Part shown: positions 10,584 to 21,550 of the stretch, piece by piece | Position numbering within the stretch: position 1 is the stretch's first letter | How the letters are laid out: each line of letters opens with the position of its first letter | Assembly (NCBI GenBank): GCA_965261085.1 | Contig: OZ253442.1 | Coordinates: 2,208,001-2,272,000, forward strand | Length of the DNA stretch: 64,000 nt | Direction of reading: 5' to 3' | Source of the DNA: a bacterium | Lineage (GTDB): Bacteria; UBA8248 | Position numbers and translations under genes: made by a program | Notes under the pieces: model-generated | Told to the model about the DNA's origin: nothing | Database searches by the model: none | The model's input: the letters and a program-made list of their open reading frames with translations, nothing else

Positions 10584-11546
10584 TCAGGGCGTTGTTTTCA
10601 ATCGTTCCCTGAAGTCATCAATTGTGGAGAGGAGGCCCTCCTCCAGAGAAATCGCCGGTTCCCAGCCGAGGTGTTTTTTTGCTTTTTGAATATCGGGTTG
10701 GCGAATTTTCGGGTCGTCGACGGGCAGCGGCTTGTGGTGAATTTCCGAGTCCGCGCCAGCGAGCTCGATGATTTTCCTCGCCAGGTCTAGAATCGTCATC
10801 TCGGAAGGATTCCCGAGGTTGACGGGTTCATGAATTTCGCTATCCATCAACTCGATAAGGCCATCGATGAGATCGGTGATGAAACAAAAACTTCTCGTCT
10901 GCATGCCGTCGCCGAAGACGCTGATGGGTTCATTTTCAATGGCTTGCGAGATAAAAGCGGGTATCGCTCGTCCGTCCGCGATGCGCATTCTCGGGCCGTA
11001 GGTATTGAAAATGCGGGCGATGTGCACGTTGAGGCCATGCGTACGGTTATAGGCCATGGTCATCGCTTCGGAGAATCTTTTGGCTTCATCGTATACCCCG
11101 CGCGGCCCGATGGGGTTCACATGGCCCCAGTATTCTTCGTGCTGCGGGTGAATTTGGGGATCTCCATATACTTCCGAAGTGGAGGCGAGGAGAAATCGCG
11201 CTTTTTTCTCCTTCGCAAGGCCCAAGGCATTATGCGTACCGAGGGAGCCGACCTTTAATGTTTGGATGGGAAATTTCAAATAATCATTCGGGCTGGCCGG
11301 ACTCGCGAGATGAAAAACGGCGTCCACATTTCCTTCGACGTGAATGTGCTCGCTCACGTTGTGCTCGATGAGCGTAAAATTCGGATGCTCGTTTTTGAGC
11401 AGATGTTCGATATTCGGCCGGTTCCCGGTAAGGAAATTGTCAACGCATATGACATCGTTGCCCTGAGCGATGAGTTTGTCGCACAAATAGGAGCCGATAA
11501 AGCCCGCTCCACCCGTTACCACAATGCGAGAGTTTTTTATCGTCAA
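10584..11546 (-). CDS. UDP-glucuronate decarboxylase (UDP-xylose synthase) family SDR
   Basis: [42 protein letters not shown]. Confidence 0.9.
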   Translation of the reverse strand: MTIKNSRIVVTGGAGFIGSYLCDKLIAQGNDVICVDNFLTGNRPNIEHLLKNEHPNFTLIEHNVSEHIHVEGNVDAVFHLASPASPNDYLKFPIQTLKVGSLGTHNALGLAKEKKARFLLASTSEVYGDPQIHPQHEEYWGHVNPIGPRGVYDEAKRFSEAMTMAYNRTHGLNVHIARIFNTYGPRMRIADGRAIPAFISQAIENEPISVFGDGMQTRSFCFITDLIDGLIELMDSEIHEPVNLGNPSEMTILDLARKIIELAGADSEIHHKPLPVDDPKIRQPDIQKAKKHLGWEPAISLEEGLLSTIDDFRERLKTTP

Positions 11547-12868
11547 GGTTTGGCCGGCGTTTTCCCGATGCTGTAGTATTCAAAACCAGCATCTGTTACT
11601 TGCTCAGAAGAATAGATGTTTCGCCCGTCGAATATAATCGGCTCCATCATCTCTGATTTCAAGCGATTCAGATTCAACTGAATAAATTCACGCCACTCGG
11701 TGACAATAACAATCCCGCTTGCATCTTTCGCGGCCTCGTAAGGGCTTTGGCAGTATTCGATACCGTCATCCCCAATGATTCGTCTGGCGTTTGCGGTGGC
11801 GATTGGGTCGTATGCGCGCAGGCTGGCCCCCGCCTCACGGAGCGCATGACAAATCTCTATGCTTTTGGCTTCTCGCATATCATCCGTATCCGGCTTGAAC
11901 GATAGTCCTAAAACGCCAATGGTTTTTCCTTCGAGCAGCAAGCGATTCTTCGTACCGAGTCTGTCGATAATTATTTGTATGAACCGGGGAACCCGACTCT
12001 CGTTTTCCGCTCTTACGGCTTCTAAAATCTGCATTTCAGCGCCAAGCCTTCTGGAAGCGTGCAACAGGGCATCCACATCTTTTGGGAAGCAGGAACCTCC
12101 ATAGCCCAGCCCTGCCCCTAGAAAGGCAGGACCAATCCGCGAGTCCGCGCCAACCCCCTTGGCGACTTCGCGGATGTCCGCCTGCGTTTGCTCGCAAAGG
12201 TTCGCCACCGCATTGATGAAAGTGATTTTCGTCGCCAAAAACGCGTTCGAGGCGTATTTGATCAACTCGGCGCTTTGCGTGTCCGTGATGATGCAAGGAG
12301 CGTTCAGGGCCTGATATAGAAGCTGAACCGTTTTCGCCGCTTTCTCCGATGATGAGCCGATGACGATGCGATCCGGCTGGAGCGTATCTCGCACCGCTTG
12401 CCCTTCGCGCAGGAATTCCGGATTACAGACCACGTCGAAATCTGTCGGAGCGACGCCATTTTTTTCAATGACGTCTCGAACGAAATCCCCCGTACCGACG
12501 GGCACGGTGCTTTTGTTCACGATGATCTTGTAATCCTGTATCGCGCGGGCGATGTCCGTCGCCGCTGCCTCCACTTGCGAGAGGTCGGTTCCACCATCCT
12601 CAGCGGGTGGGGTGCCCACACAGATGAAAACGATCTCACTTTTCGAAACGGCTTGAACTATAGAAGTTATGAACTTGAGTCTGCCTTCTTTGAGGTTGCG
12701 CTCCAGCAATTCCGGCAGCCTGGGTTCATGGATCGGGCAGCCGCCTGCGTTCAAGGTATCCACGCGATTTTGGTCAATATCCACGCCGATGACATCGTTG
12801 CCCAAATCAGCGAATATGGCCCCTGTGACCAATCCGACATATCCACAACCGATAACGCAAATGTTCAC
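11543..12868 (-). CDS. ugd: UDP-glucose 6-dehydrogenase
   Basis: [38 protein letters not shown]. Confidence 0.95.
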   Translation of the reverse strand: MNICVIGCGYVGLVTGAIFADLGNDVIGVDIDQNRVDTLNAGGCPIHEPRLPELLERNLKEGRLKFITSIVQAVSKSEIVFICVGTPPAEDGGTDLSQVEAAATDIARAIQDYKIIVNKSTVPVGTGDFVRDVIEKNGVAPTDFDVVCNPEFLREGQAVRDTLQPDRIVIGSSSEKAAKTVQLLYQALNAPCIITDTQSAELIKYASNAFLATKITFINAVANLCEQTQADIREVAKGVGADSRIGPAFLGAGLGYGGSCFPKDVDALLHASRRLGAEMQILEAVRAENESRVPRFIQIIIDRLGTKNRLLLEGKTIGVLGLSFKPDTDDMREAKSIEICHALREAGASLRAYDPIATANARRIIGDDGIEYCQSPYEAAKDASGIVIVTEWREFIQLNLNRLKSEMMEPIIFDGRNIYSSEQVTDAGFEYYSIGKTPAKP

Positions 12869-12956
12869 AGAGTCGTCTCATCCTTCCTGAATGGGCAGGT
12901 TGCGCAAATGAACAGGATAGAAACCCCGCGCTATTTTACTCAAAACGCAAAGGCGC

Positions 12957-15206
12957 CTATGTGCCGCTTCCCCAAAATCCACCTTTTTTTAAAACATTTC
13001 GTTTGCCTGTGAAACCCAGTTTTTTCTCGCCTTCAAGCAGACCTATAAGACTGAATCCGAGAAAAACTTCACTTTTATCCTTGGTGTCGGTGAAGGTGAG
13101 TTCCACGCCCCAGCAGCAATCGAGATAGCGCGCCGTGATGCTTTGTTCGAGCGTGGTATTTTCTGTTTTATTCAAGCGTGTGATGTATTCGATAGAAAGA
13201 TTGCGGTTAATGGAGAAGCCTCCGGCAAAATTAAGATAACTACCTTCGGCGCTTTCTGGATAATAGTCTCTTTTGCGCGCCCAGACCCGGTCGATATTGA
13301 GATACCAATTCTTCCCGCCATCGAGAAAAACACCCGTGGAGTGTTCGCTTATTTCCAAATCATAGGGGTCGTATTTGAATTGCTGTAGCAGACGAAGTTT
13401 AGAAAAGGGCTGTGATTCAAGCCTGAAAGTAATGTCGCCAAAAGGACGTTTCGGCTTCGTATCTAGCTCTTCATTCCTTCGTGCTTCGGCGACATCATAC
13501 GTCTGGCTGATTCGATAGCGAAATAACTGTTTCGTCTGAAGCCCTTCCGTTGCGGCCATTTTTGTCAGCACACGGTTAATGAGGGCGTATTCAATGGCGT
13601 GTTCATCCTGAAGGGCATCCACAGGATCCAGGGGTATGATCATGCGCCTGTCTTGCGCGTCGTTGTCCGGGCTGTATCTATACGTCGCTTCAAACGACAG
13701 GATGTGCTTGAAATCTTGGAAAGGGCCGAGGTCGCCTTGATAGATTTTGCTGTATCGCGGGCCAATCGCATGAAGCTTCGCAAACCACATTTCACGTGAC
13801 AGGCCGGATTCGACGTGTTGCGTGTAATCGGGGTTTGAAGCCACGCCTGGATCTGTTTTTTGATGCGTCCAGTGGGTTCTTCGGAATCCGATTTCAGGTG
13901 TTAAGCTAAGCCAGGGAGCGGTCTGCAAGCGAAGCGATAGTGATGGTTCCAGGTGAAACCGGCTCAATCGAAGCGTATTTTCGTCTTCGGTTTTTCTGAA
14001 ATTGATCCAGGAGGAATCCATGTTAAAGTACAAATCACTCGTTCCCAGCCGCTTGCTCTGGATGTCCAGGCTGATTTCCGGGGCTTTCTGAAATAGCTGC
14101 CCATCGTTTTCGCCCAATCCTTCGCGTCGTCTCATTCCCACCTGAAGCTGTCCGGCAATCTTGGGTAAATTTTGTGTGAAAGTGACATGGGTGTCCGTGT
14201 CCTGTCGCGTGCGAGTCAACAAATCACTTTCGAGTGAGCGGTCGTTTGGCGGGCGTTTTTGCAAATCGACCACGGCGTGTAAGTTAGCGCCGCTCTCCTT
14301 GAAATTGCTGTGGTGTGAGCCTTTGACGTCCCAAAAGGTTGCTTGCTCAAGTTTGTCTTTCAAGTAACGACCAGCTATCTGTCCCGATGAATTTTGACTC
14401 GGTGTGTAGCGGTATTCTCCCTTATAGCGGGTGCCGCGCTTGCTGAAATAATCGACACCGAAGGTGGCGTCCGACGAATCGTTGATGGCCCAGAAAAATG
14501 AGGGGGAGAATTGGAAGCCGTTGCGACTGCTCGAGCCGATGCCCGGCAGGAGGAAGCCGGTCGCTCTTTTTGTTTTTATCGGCACCATGGCCCAGGGGAA
14601 AAAAGCCGCCGGCACGCCTTTTACCGTCATGGTCGGGGCTTCGAGTTGAGCATAGCCTTCGATCTGGAAAGTCGCCCGCTCGAAGCCGAAAGCCCAGTCG
14701 GGAAGATCTCCTTCGCATGTGGTGAAAGTGCCTCCCTGAATTTCATACCGGTCTTCGGACAAGCGTCGAATCACTTGTCCCGTCACATAATAAGTGGCGC
14801 CGATGGAGCCGCGCGCGTTGAATACGACCATGCGCTCGGTATCGAGATTGAACTCGATGCGATTGGCTACGATGCGGTCGCTCCCGGTTTGAAAGACGAT
14901 GTTTCCGGTGGCAACGCCATCGCGCGTCGATGTTTGCACCTCGATATGGTCCGCTCGAATATTTTTGCCTAAATACCGAATGTCCGCAGACCCGCGACCG
15001 ATGATGCGCTGTCGTTCCCGATCATCTCGTATCTCATCGGCTGTGATGGCAATGGCGGCTTGGGCTTGCGTGCCACTCTTAGACTGTGCTTGCGGGGAAG
15101 GTGGTGTCCAGAACAGTACGAGGGAGAAAATGATGAATGATGAATATAACGCCTGGGTTTTCAAAAAAGCGAATCTCTGAGTATTCGACACGGAAACTCT
15201 CATCAT
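12957..15206 (-). CDS. lptD: LPS-assembly outer-membrane protein LptD
   Basis: Signal peptide, OstA-like N-domain, FTTCE..PDW, R.TGFL.P, C-terminal YLDCCW. Confidence 0.88.
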   Translation of the reverse strand: MMRVSVSNTQRFAFLKTQALYSSFIIFSLVLFWTPPSPQAQSKSGTQAQAAIAITADEIRDDRERQRIIGRGSADIRYLGKNIRADHIEVQTSTRDGVATGNIVFQTGSDRIVANRIEFNLDTERMVVFNARGSIGATYYVTGQVIRRLSEDRYEIQGGTFTTCEGDLPDWAFGFERATFQIEGYAQLEAPTMTVKGVPAAFFPWAMVPIKTKRATGFLLPGIGSSSRNGFQFSPSFFWAINDSSDATFGVDYFSKRGTRYKGEYRYTPSQNSSGQIAGRYLKDKLEQATFWDVKGSHHSNFKESGANLHAVVDLQKRPPNDRSLESDLLTRTRQDTDTHVTFTQNLPKIAGQLQVGMRRREGLGENDGQLFQKAPEISLDIQSKRLGTSDLYFNMDSSWINFRKTEDENTLRLSRFHLEPSLSLRLQTAPWLSLTPEIGFRRTHWTHQKTDPGVASNPDYTQHVESGLSREMWFAKLHAIGPRYSKIYQGDLGPFQDFKHILSFEATYRYSPDNDAQDRRMIIPLDPVDALQDEHAIEYALINRVLTKMAATEGLQTKQLFRYRISQTYDVAEARRNEELDTKPKRPFGDITFRLESQPFSKLRLLQQFKYDPYDLEISEHSTGVFLDGGKNWYLNIDRVWARKRDYYPESAEGSYLNFAGGFSINRNLSIEYITRLNKTENTTLEQSITARYLDCCWGVELTFTDTKDKSEVFLGFSLIGLLEGEKKLGFTGKRNVLKKGGFWGSGT

Positions 15207-15318
15207 ATTGATTTGTGAAAAATATCTCTAATTTCAGATGAGCCGAGCTTTTTGAAAACGATTTTTTGAATCGAATGGATTATGAATGCTATTCTATGAG
15301 AGCGCAATCAGGGGAGGA

Positions 15319-16188
15319 TCATGAAGATTCCGAGTGTGTTTCTTCGAGATTTTCTGAGGTTATCTCTCGTTTGGTTCTCCGCCATCTCGTTATCATTCCA
15401 TAGGGGCCGGATGCGGCGTAACCAACAAAGGCCAGACAGGCGACTACCTGAGGAATCGCTGCCGCCACGAACAGGGCCAGCACGGCACCCACGAGGACGC
15501 GGAAAGGCCTTCTGAGAGGGCCGCTTACATCCTTGAAACTCTTGTAGCGAATGGTGCTCACCATCAGGAATGCCAGAACATAGCTGAGGGCCGCAAGGAG
15601 GATGAGGGGGAGATGGGCCTTGATCGAAAAATCTTCAACCAAATATACGATAGATGCCAAAACACCTGCTGCCCCGGGTATCGGCAGTCCTCGGAAATCC
15701 AGAGAACCGCTACCCGCTTGCGCCAGCACATTGAAGCGCGCCAGCCTCAAGGCGCCGCAAGCGGCGAATATAAATGTGGCTAGCCAGCCGATTCTTCCAT
15801 AGGGGGCGAGAAGCCAGGTATATATCAGAATGGCCGGTGCGATGCCGAAAGCCGTCAGGTCGCATAGCGAGTCGTATTGAAGACCAAAAGCGCTTGTGCT
15901 TTTCGTCAACCGGGCTACTGTGCCGTCGAGCCCATCTAAAACGATGGCCAACAATATTGCCAAGGAAGCCCAGGTGAAGTTTCCCTGGATGGAAGCGACG
16001 ATCGCATAGAAACCAGCAAAAAGACTGCCTGTCGTCAGCAGATTGGGAACCAGATATATCCCTCGCTGAAAAGAACGCCTTCCGGAGCGGCGCCTTCTCC
16101 TGCGTGAACGACGACCAAATTTATTCCGTGACTGTCTGGTTGTTTGCTCGTCCAACGATGGTCTCTCCTCCGCGAACACGTTGTCCAT
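15319..16188 (-). CDS. pssA: CDP-diacylglycerol--serine O-phosphatidyltransferase
   Basis: PNLLT, DGLDG.VAR, FG..YDSLCD, LRLARFN; follows psd. Start uncertain (68-bp overlap with psd). Confidence 0.93.
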   Translation of the reverse strand: MDNVFAEERPSLDEQTTRQSRNKFGRRSRRRRRRSGRRSFQRGIYLVPNLLTTGSLFAGFYAIVASIQGNFTWASLAILLAIVLDGLDGTVARLTKSTSAFGLQYDSLCDLTAFGIAPAILIYTWLLAPYGRIGWLATFIFAACGALRLARFNVLAQAGSGSLDFRGLPIPGAAGVLASIVYLVEDFSIKAHLPLILLAALSYVLAFLMVSTIRYKSFKDVSGPLRRPFRVLVGAVLALFVAAAIPQVVACLAFVGYAASGPYGMITRWRRTKREITSENLEETHSESS

Positions 16189-16777
16189 ATTCTACGGATA
16201 TATCATATCCTTCCGGAAAATATAGATCCGTTCTCGATCCGAACTGAATCAGCCCAAAGCGTTCTCCCGCGCTTATGGTATCACCCGCCTTGGACCAGCA
16301 GACAATCCGTCGGGCCAGGACGCCGGCGATTTGTATGACTCTGAAATTATCGCCTGTGTTCGTCTCGATTTCCAGGGCGTTTTGCTCATTGCTGTTTGAG
16401 GCGTTTTCCTTATAGGCGGCCAGGAAGCGGCCTTTTTTATAATGGATACTTGAAATTTTCCCTCCCACGGGCGATCGGTTGATATGAACGTCCAGGGGAG
16501 AAAGAAAAATCCGGACCACACTTCCTCCATCCTCGGTGGAAGTGACCTCTACGACCCGCCCATCTGCCGGGGATATGACGACGCCCGGCTCGTCAGGCGG
16601 GGTGCGATGGGGGTCTCTGAAAAAACCGGCTACTGCCGCGGCCAGCAGAAAAAAAAGAATCGCCCACATCCATCCTCCGAAGAGGATCGAGATGAGGCCA
16701 ATGGCCGATAAACCCGAAACAAAGCCCCAGCCCTCTCTCGCAACAAATGGTCTGCTGGAGCGGGCTCTTTTACTCAT
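16121..16777 (-). CDS. psd: Phosphatidylserine decarboxylase proenzyme
   Basis: FFRDP, SPADG, DVHINRSP, ARRIVC, FGSR self-cleavage motif. Confidence 0.95.
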   Translation of the reverse strand: MSKRARSSRPFVAREGWGFVSGLSAIGLISILFGGWMWAILFFLLAAAVAGFFRDPHRTPPDEPGVVISPADGRVVEVTSTEDGGSVVRIFLSPLDVHINRSPVGGKISSIHYKKGRFLAAYKENASNSNEQNALEIETNTGDNFRVIQIAGVLARRIVCWSKAGDTISAGERFGLIQFGSRTDLYFPEGYDISVEYGQRVRGGETIVGRANNQTVTE

Positions 16778-16780
16778 GGG

Positions 16781-17314
16781 TTAATTTTTGGCGCCCTTAA
16801 GGGTTTTGGCCCCGCGGGTGAGTGCGACTTTGCCTGTGCGGGCGATCTCTTTGATGCCGAATGGTTGGAGCAAATTCAAAATGGCGTGGATTTTACCCTC
16901 ATCGCCTGTGACTTCAACGGTTATGGTATCCGTGGACACGTCGACGACACGGCCTCGGAAAACGTCGATGATTTGAAAAATCTCCGGCCGCGCGGCTTTC
17001 GGCGCCGAAATCTTGATGAGAATCATCTCTCGTTCGACGCTGTCCGTCTCGCTCATATCCATCACCTTGAAGGTGTCGATGAGCCTGCCGAGGTGTTTTC
17101 TGATCTGCTCGAGAATTTTTTCGTCTCCGCGCGTAACGAGAGTGATTCGGGATACGCTCGGGTCTTGCGTCACCCCCACGCAAAGGCTGTCGATGTTGTA
17201 GCCGCGGGCGCTGAACAGGCTCGCCACCTTGGCGAGGACGCCGAATTTGTTTTCCACCAAAACCGCTATCGTATGTGTGTCATCCTTGGTGTTCTTGTTG
17301 GAATTTCTGGGCAT
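16781..17314 (-). CDS. ilvN: Acetolactate synthase small (regulatory) subunit, copy 1
   Basis: VENKFGVL, RGYNIDSL, EREMILIK, EIARTG. Confidence 0.93.
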   Translation of the reverse strand: MPRNSNKNTKDDTHTIAVLVENKFGVLAKVASLFSARGYNIDSLCVGVTQDPSVSRITLVTRGDEKILEQIRKHLGRLIDTFKVMDMSETDSVEREMILIKISAPKAARPEIFQIIDVFRGRVVDVSTDTITVEVTGDEGKIHAILNLLQPFGIKEIARTGKVALTRGAKTLKGAKN

Positions 17315-17817
17315 TATGCAATGGGCTCCCAGTCGTCGGGCATGCCGTCATAGGGTAGCGAAATCATTCCCGTGCGCGCCATTTGAGAAATTCCGTAGCC
17401 CTTGAATGCCTTAAGGAGAGTTCTGACCTTATGGTCATTGCCGCTCGCTTCGAGCGTCACCGTATCGTCGGTCATGTTGATCACCTGAGCGCCGAAGGCG
17501 TTGGCGAGTTGGATGATTTCACTTCTTCTGTTAATGGGCGCTTTGATTGTCGCGAGAATGAGTTCGCGCGTGACGGACTGGTTATAAGAGATTTGCTCGA
17601 CTTCTCGCACGTCGTAGAGTTTGCGGAGTTGTTTGGCGATCTGGTCGAGTTCGTTTTCCTCGCCGATGGCGACGATGACGATGCGCGTTATCGTGGCATC
17701 CTCCGTCGGTCCGGCGGCGATGCTTTCGATGTTGTATCCACGGCGCGTAAAAAGGCCCGCCACATGCGAAAGCACACCTGCGTGGTTGTTGACGAGAATA
17801 GAGTAAACCTGTCTCAT
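17314..17817 (-). CDS. ilvN: Acetolactate synthase small (regulatory) subunit, copy 2
   Basis: VNNHAGVL, RRGYNIES, KQLRKL, ARTG. Confidence 0.88.
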   Translation of the reverse strand: MRQVYSILVNNHAGVLSHVAGLFTRRGYNIESIAAGPTEDATITRIVIVAIGEENELDQIAKQLRKLYDVREVEQISYNQSVTRELILATIKAPINRRSEIIQLANAFGAQVINMTDDTVTLEASGNDHKVRTLLKAFKGYGISQMARTGMISLPYDGMPDDWEPIA

Positions 17818-19508
17818 GATTTGGCTTCCCTGGAGGGGGGTGCGAGTTGCATCTCATCGTTTCCGGCGCCGGCCGGAACCATGGGCCAGACGTTTTCCTC
17901 TTGATTCACCATGAAATTCAACACAACAGGCCCATCGTGTTCGGTTGCTGTTTCCAGAGAATTTCGTACTTCGTTCACGTCGGTGACGTTGATGCCCTTT
18001 ACGCCATAGCCCTCTGCGATGGCGGCGAAATCGGGATTTTCCGGGTAATGCGAGTGCGAATAGCGTTTCTCGAAGAACAATTCCTGCCACTGGCGGACCA
18101 TTCCCAAGTAAGCATTGTTCAGGATGGCGACCTTCACGGGAACGTTATAGGTTGCCGCCGTGGCGAGTTCGACGAGTGTCATCGCAAAGCTGCCGTCGCC
18201 GTCAATGAGCCAAACGTCTTTCTCCGGGCGGGCGAATTTCGCGCCGATGGCGGCGGGAAGACCGAAGCCCATCGTGCCGAGACCGCCGGAAGTCACCCAG
18301 GTTTTGGGATCGTTGAAGCGGATGAACTGCGCAGCCCACATTTGATGTTGCCCCACGCCAGTCACATAAATGCCGTTGCCTTCGGTGATTTCCTGAATCT
18401 GATCGATCACGTATTGGGGCTTGATGGAGCCGTCCCAGTCGTATTGAAGGGGATAGTTCTCCTTCCAATCCGTCCAGGTCTGCCGCCACTCATCGTAATC
18501 TCCAGGCACTAAACGCTCATTGAGCGCGATCAGCACGTCCCGCACGTTCCCGAGAATCGGAATGTGCGCGTGCACCCGCTTGTCGATCTCGGCGTCGTCG
18601 ATGTCGACGTGCGCGATGGTTGCCTTAGGGCAAAAGCTCGATACCTTGCCCGTCACGCGGTCGTCGAAGCGGGCGCCTAGATTGATGAGCAGATCACATT
18701 CACAAAGAGCAAAGTTCGCGTAGGCCGTGCCGTGCATCCCCGGCATGCCGAGGAAGAGATCGTCCGTTCCGGGGAAACCCCCGAGTCCCAGCAACGTATT
18801 GATAACCGGGATACCCGCCGCTTTTGCGAATTTCGCGAGTTCTGTGGACGCCCCGGATTTGATTATGCCGGCGCCGCCAATGATGACAGGTCGCTCGGCC
18901 CGCTCTATGGCTTCGAGTAGTTTGTCGATTCCTTCGGTATCGAGTTCGGGATATTCCCTGAGAGCCGGAAGAGGGGATTCAGCGGATTCTCGCGGCGTGT
19001 ATTCCGTTTTGGTGATTTGGATGTCTTTGGGAAAATCGATCAGGACGGGGCCGGGTCGACCCGTCGTCGCCACGCGAATCGCTTCCCGCGTAACGTGTTG
19101 AATTTCATTAACATCCTTTATGAGCCAGTTGAATTTGGTGACCGGAATGGAGCAGCCGTACATATCGGCTTCCTGAAAGGCGTCGGTCCCTATCATATTG
19201 GTCGCGACTTGTCCTGTAATGGCGATGAGCGGCACGGAATCCATCTGGGCGTTTGCGAGCCCGGTGATGAGGTTCGTGGCTCCGGGGCCGGACGTCGTGA
19301 CGACGATGGCGACTTTGCCGCTCACGCGCGCGTACCCGTCCGCCATGTGGGCGGCTCCCTGTTCGTGCCGGGTGAGGATGTGGGGAAATTTCGACTTCAT
19401 CAGTTCATCGTAAAAAGGCATGATGGCGCCGCCCGGGATACCGAAAGCCATCTCGATACCTGCCGCTTTCAACTCTTCAATAAGGATTTGCGAGCCATTG
19501 AGCTCCAC
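17814..19508 (-). CDS. ilvB: Acetolactate synthase large subunit, copy 2 (canonical motifs)
   Basis: PGGAIMP, RHEQ, SGPGATN, FQEAD, RFDDRVTG, GDGSF...NN, GMVRQWQ. Confidence 0.95.
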   Translation of the reverse strand: MELNGSQILIEELKAAGIEMAFGIPGGAIMPFYDELMKSKFPHILTRHEQGAAHMADGYARVSGKVAIVVTTSGPGATNLITGLANAQMDSVPLIAITGQVATNMIGTDAFQEADMYGCSIPVTKFNWLIKDVNEIQHVTREAIRVATTGRPGPVLIDFPKDIQITKTEYTPRESAESPLPALREYPELDTEGIDKLLEAIERAERPVIIGGAGIIKSGASTELAKFAKAAGIPVINTLLGLGGFPGTDDLFLGMPGMHGTAYANFALCECDLLINLGARFDDRVTGKVSSFCPKATIAHVDIDDAEIDKRVHAHIPILGNVRDVLIALNERLVPGDYDEWRQTWTDWKENYPLQYDWDGSIKPQYVIDQIQEITEGNGIYVTGVGQHQMWAAQFIRFNDPKTWVTSGGLGTMGFGLPAAIGAKFARPEKDVWLIDGDGSFAMTLVELATAATYNVPVKVAILNNAYLGMVRQWQELFFEKRYSHSHYPENPDFAAIAEGYGVKGINVTDVNEVRNSLETATEHDGPVVLNFMVNQEENVWPMVPAGAGNDEMQLAPPSREAKS

Positions 19509-19520
19509 GGATGAAACCTC

Positions 19521-21305
19521 CTAGTTATCAGGCAAGGCGCTGAGCTTGCCTTGAAGAATCTTTTTTCGACTATCCCGAACGATCATGTCTTTCGTTGCAC
19601 CACCTGCGGGCACCATCGGGAACACCAATTCATCAGGGTCGACGATCACGTCCAAAATATAGGGTCCCGGCGTGGAAATCATTTCCTGAATGGCGGGCCG
19701 GATTTCTTCTTTGTCCACAATGCGTCGGCCACTGGCGCCGAATGCTTCCGCGATCTTGACGTAATCGGGTGAGCATTCGAAATCGACTTCGCTGAATCGC
19801 CGGTCCATGAACAAGTCCTGCCATTGACGAACCATTCCCAGCGTGCCGTTGTTGAGCAAAAATACTTTTACGGGAATGCCGTATTGAACGGCTGTGGCGA
19901 TTTCTTGCATCACCATCTGAAAACTGCCGTCTCCCGCAATGTCGATGGCCAACTTATCCGGTCTCGCCAGCGCTGCGCCGATGGCTGCGGGAAAGCCAAA
20001 ACCCATCGTTCCGAGGCCACCGGATGAGATGAACTGGCGCGGGAAAGTGAAATTATAAAATTGAGCGGCCCACATCTGGTGTTGTCCCACTTCGGTGGTG
20101 ATGATCGCCTTATCGCCGACTTCCTCACTCAGAGCAACAATGGCCTCTTGTGGCTTGATCGGCGAACCCTCGGGGGAATCGAACGTGAGCGGGTATTCTG
20201 CTCTCAGGTTTTGGATCCGCTTTTTCCACAAAGGACGCGTCTGAGGTTCGATGAGTTTGTTGACTTCAACGAGCACCTGACGGGCGTCGCCGACAACCGG
20301 TATATCCGCCGTCTTGTTTTTTCCGATGGCGGTGGGATCTATGTCGATATGGATGATTTTCGCCCGGGTAGCGAATTCCGAGACCTTTCCGGTGACGCGA
20401 TCGTCGAACCTCGCGCCCACAGCGATGAGCAGGTCACACTCCATAGTCGCATAGTTGGCGTATGCCGTTCCGTGCATGCCGAGCATACCCAATGAGAGTT
20501 CATGGGCGCTTGGGAAAGCTCCTGCTCCCAAAAGAGTATAGGTGACCGGAATTTCAGCCGTTTCCGCGAGTTTTACGATCTCGGGATGCGCTTCCGCGTG
20601 AATGGCGCCACCACCCACGTAGAGCAAGGGCTGTTTGGATTTCTCGATGGCTTCGGCCACGCGTTGAATTTGCCTGGGATGGCCTTTGGTCGTGGGCTTG
20701 TAGCCGCGGAGTTCCACTTTGTCTGGAAGCTGGTAGTTCCCATCGCCGAGGAGGACGTCTTTGGGCAGATCGACCAGGACCGGACCAGGCCTTCCCGTGC
20801 GCGCAATGTAGAAAGCCTCTTGTATGGTTTGAGCAAGATCATCTGTGCTTTTCACCAGATAGTTGTGCTTGGTGATGGTTCTGGTCATGCCGACGATGTC
20901 GGCTTCCTGGAAGGCGTCGTTACCCACCATCGAAGTGGCGACTTGGCCTGTGAAGCATACGATGGGGATAGAATCCATGTAGGCATCCGTGATGCCCGTG
21001 ATGAGGTTGGTAGCGCCTGGCCCGGAGGTGGTGAGACATACGCCAACCTCGCCGCTGGCGCGTGCGTAGCCCTCCGCCATGTGCGCGGCGCACTGCTCGT
21101 GCCGGATGAGCAAGTGCTTGATTTTACTTCTTTTAAGGAATAGGTCCAGGACCGTAAGAAGTATGGCGCCCGGGTGTCCGAAAACGTACTTCACACCCTC
21201 GCGCTCAAGACTTCGGTAGACAATCTCAGCGCCTGAGATTTTCTGCGGTTTCAGTTTAGTGGGTTGTTTTGCGGTTTGGCTTTTCGCCTTGGTCACCACG
21301 GCCAT
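19521..21305 (-). CDS. ilvB: Acetolactate synthase large subunit, copy 1 (divergent N-terminal loop)
   Basis: RHEQ, SGPGATN, FQEAD, RFDDRVTG, GDGSF, GMVRQWQ retained; PGGA loop reads PGAILL. Confidence 0.9.
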   Translation of the reverse strand: MAVVTKAKSQTAKQPTKLKPQKISGAEIVYRSLEREGVKYVFGHPGAILLTVLDLFLKRSKIKHLLIRHEQCAAHMAEGYARASGEVGVCLTTSGPGATNLITGITDAYMDSIPIVCFTGQVATSMVGNDAFQEADIVGMTRTITKHNYLVKSTDDLAQTIQEAFYIARTGRPGPVLVDLPKDVLLGDGNYQLPDKVELRGYKPTTKGHPRQIQRVAEAIEKSKQPLLYVGGGAIHAEAHPEIVKLAETAEIPVTYTLLGAGAFPSAHELSLGMLGMHGTAYANYATMECDLLIAVGARFDDRVTGKVSEFATRAKIIHIDIDPTAIGKNKTADIPVVGDARQVLVEVNKLIEPQTRPLWKKRIQNLRAEYPLTFDSPEGSPIKPQEAIVALSEEVGDKAIITTEVGQHQMWAAQFYNFTFPRQFISSGGLGTMGFGFPAAIGAALARPDKLAIDIAGDGSFQMVMQEIATAVQYGIPVKVFLLNNGTLGMVRQWQDLFMDRRFSEVDFECSPDYVKIAEAFGASGRRIVDKEEIRPAIQEMISTPGPYILDVIVDPDELVFPMVPAGGATKDMIVRDSRKKILQGKLSALPDN

Positions 21306-21384
21306 TTCCTCTCAGCCAGTTGAGCTTATTCTCACTCTGGCAATAAAGTCGATCCGAAAAACGCCGAATGATACCGGCGGGTCG

Positions 21385-21428
21385 TTAAGAAGAAATCAGG
21401 GGACGGCGCACGAGGGCACACCGCCCCC
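21385..21428 (-). terminator. Terminator-like hairpin inside the ilvB 5' leader (possible attenuator)
   Basis: Minus strand GGGGGCGGTGTG-CCCTCG-TGCGCCGTCCCC (12-bp stem with G-U pairs) followed by TGATTTCTTCTT. Confidence 0.4.
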
Positions 21429-21550
21429 TTCTTACGCCAGACTCCTTATTCCACAACATCTTTTTCGGACCCATATGGCCGTTTTCCCTATTATCCGTAT
21501 GCCAAAATCCTGAATACATCCCGGGAAATGTTCAATAAATAATCGCCCTG

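Noticed and set aside
15212-15231. Rex operator (TTGTGAA half-sites near 15213, 25439 and 63300)
   Set aside because: Only the left half matches; the TTCACAA right half is missing in each case.
16121-16188. 68-bp psd/pssA overlap as a regulatory device
   Set aside because: The pssA start is uncertain, and such overlaps arise easily from start or stop drift.
21385-21476. Classical ilv leader peptide
   Set aside because: The uORF has no run of Ile/Leu/Val codons ahead of the hairpin.
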